64,000 nt of DNA from Bacillales bacterium UBA4278 (GTDB lineage: Bacteria > Bacillota_I > Bacilli_A > RFN20 > CAG-826). Under the pieces are notes generated by a model. That model worked only from the letters and a program-made list of their open reading frames with translations. It did not search any database and was not told the origin of the DNA. The stretch's first letter is position 1. Each line of letters starts with the position of its first letter. The position numbers and the translations under genes were made by a program. The stretch is taken from NCBI GenBank assembly GCA_002395065.1, contig DGVS01000005.1, positions 394 through 64,393 on the forward strand, written 5' to 3'. Below are positions 63,167 to 64,000 of the stretch, piece after piece.

Positions 63167-64000
63167 ATGGACCGTTTATATCTCGAACTTCTAAATTACT
63201 ATCACCTTTCTGAAGATGAGTTTTTAAAGATGTCATGTCCCTTAGATGAGATTCATCTAATTGAACCTACTTCGATTAAAGGAATGAATCGAGTTAAGTC
63301 ACGTATTTTTGAATCAATCAAAAACAACGAAAAGATCATTATCTATGGTGATTATGATTGTGATGGAATCAGCGCCACATCAATTATGTATCGCACATTC
63401 CAAATCCTCAATTACCATGTTTCTTATTACATTCCATCACGTTATTTAGACGGATATGGACTTAATGTCCAAAACGTTGAAAAGATCGCTTTAGCCGGCT
63501 ACAAACTAATTATTTGTGTCGATAACGGCATCTCTCAACATGAAGCGATTCATCGTGCCAAAGAACTTGGTATTGATGTCATCGTCATTGACCATCATGA
63601 AGTTCCTGAAGTAAGAACTGAAGCGTACGAAATTATTCATCCAACTGTTTCCGAAATTTCAGAGATTATTGGTTCGGGCGGATTTATGGCGTTATATGTT
63701 TCAGCTGCACTCCTTGGTTCATACGATGATTATTTAGTGACGATTGCTGGTTTAAGTGTCATTTCCGACATGATGGAATTAAAAGGTCAAAATCGTGACC
63801 TTGTTCGACTTGCTGTGAACAATTTTGAGAAGAATAAATACCTTCCTCTCCGCTTATTAGCGGAATCTCCAATCATTTCCGAGAAATCATTCTCGATGGA
63901 AATCGCCCCAAAAATTAACGCGATTGGACGTTTGATGGAGAAAAACGAGGCCAATCTTCTCGTGAAATATTTCACAACTGATAATGACCAGGATGTTTAT
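63167..64000 (+). CDS. recJ: Single-stranded-DNA-specific exonuclease RecJ (3'-truncated by the window end)
   Basis: The open frame from the ATG at 63167 runs to the window end, so it is absent from the track. DHH family motifs are present: IIIYGDYDCDGISA, CVDNG and VIDHHE. Confidence 0.85.
   Translation, partial: MDRLYLELLNYYHLSEDEFLKMSCPLDEIHLIEPTSIKGMNRVKSRIFESIKNNEKIIIYGDYDCDGISATSIMYRTFQILNYHVSYYIPSRYLDGYGLNVQNVEKIALAGYKLIICVDNGISQHEAIHRAKELGIDVIVIDHHEVPEVRTEAYEIIHPTVSEISEIIGSGGFMALYVSAALLGSYDDYLVTIAGLSVISDMMELKGQNRDLVRLAVNNFEKNKYLPLRLLAESPIISEKSFSMEIAPKINAIGRLMEKNEANLLVKYFTTDNDQDVY

Overview
Low-GC (by eye, not computed) chromosomal segment of a Bacillota or Mollicutes-related bacterium, possibly Erysipelotrichales- or Acholeplasmatales-like. 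The standard genetic code applies: TGA is a stop, for example at 27826-27828 and 54463-54465. Coding is strongly biased to the + strand. No rRNA, tRNA, CRISPR array, transposase or integrase was recognised. The first ~20 kb looks accessory and envelope-oriented. It holds an XRE regulator and a compact zinc-ribbon / SPFH(YdjI-like) / small-TM / coiled-coil-zinc-ribbon module (217-3679). It also holds a DUF4143-type AAA ATPase with a decayed paralog remnant, and a lipoprotein gene whose promoter spacer contains a (CT)8 repeat. Further genes there are an LMW tyrosine phosphatase, an ECF sigma / anti-sigma-like pair, a PfoR-like PTS_EIIC_2 membrane protein, a Ser/Thr-repeat lipoprotein, a NERD protein, and a membrane-tethered XRE regulator. 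That regulator is divergent from an orphan operon encoding a 318-aa anchored protein, a 1196-aa anchored giant protein and a PAP2 phosphatase. The remaining ~44 kb is mostly housekeeping: rimP-nusA-infB-rbfA, a ttcA-like gene, truB-ribF, rpsO, pnp, a three-gene GlpA-like FAD oxidoreductase/DUF1667 cluster, and an RNase J paralog whose metal-binding motifs are all substituted. It continues with ftsK, pullulanase, plsC, rsmF, pdp, dtd, mnmA, a COG2984/COG4120/COG1101 ABC transporter divergent from an HTH-TrpB fusion, and a T-box leader with alaS-ruvX-DUF1292. It ends with greA, a small ORF coupled to radC, rplU-prp-rpmA, obg, nadE, ruvAB, a fused secDF and the 5' part of recJ. The best candidates for undescribed biology are the PspA-less YdjGHI-like module with a possible ESCRT-III/PspA-like zinc-ribbon protein, the giant-protein/PAP2 operon, the HTH-TrpB fusion beside its transporter, and the ~80-aa insertion between the signature motif and Walker B of the ABC ATPase. 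All functional calls come from motif recognition by eye. No database search was run.
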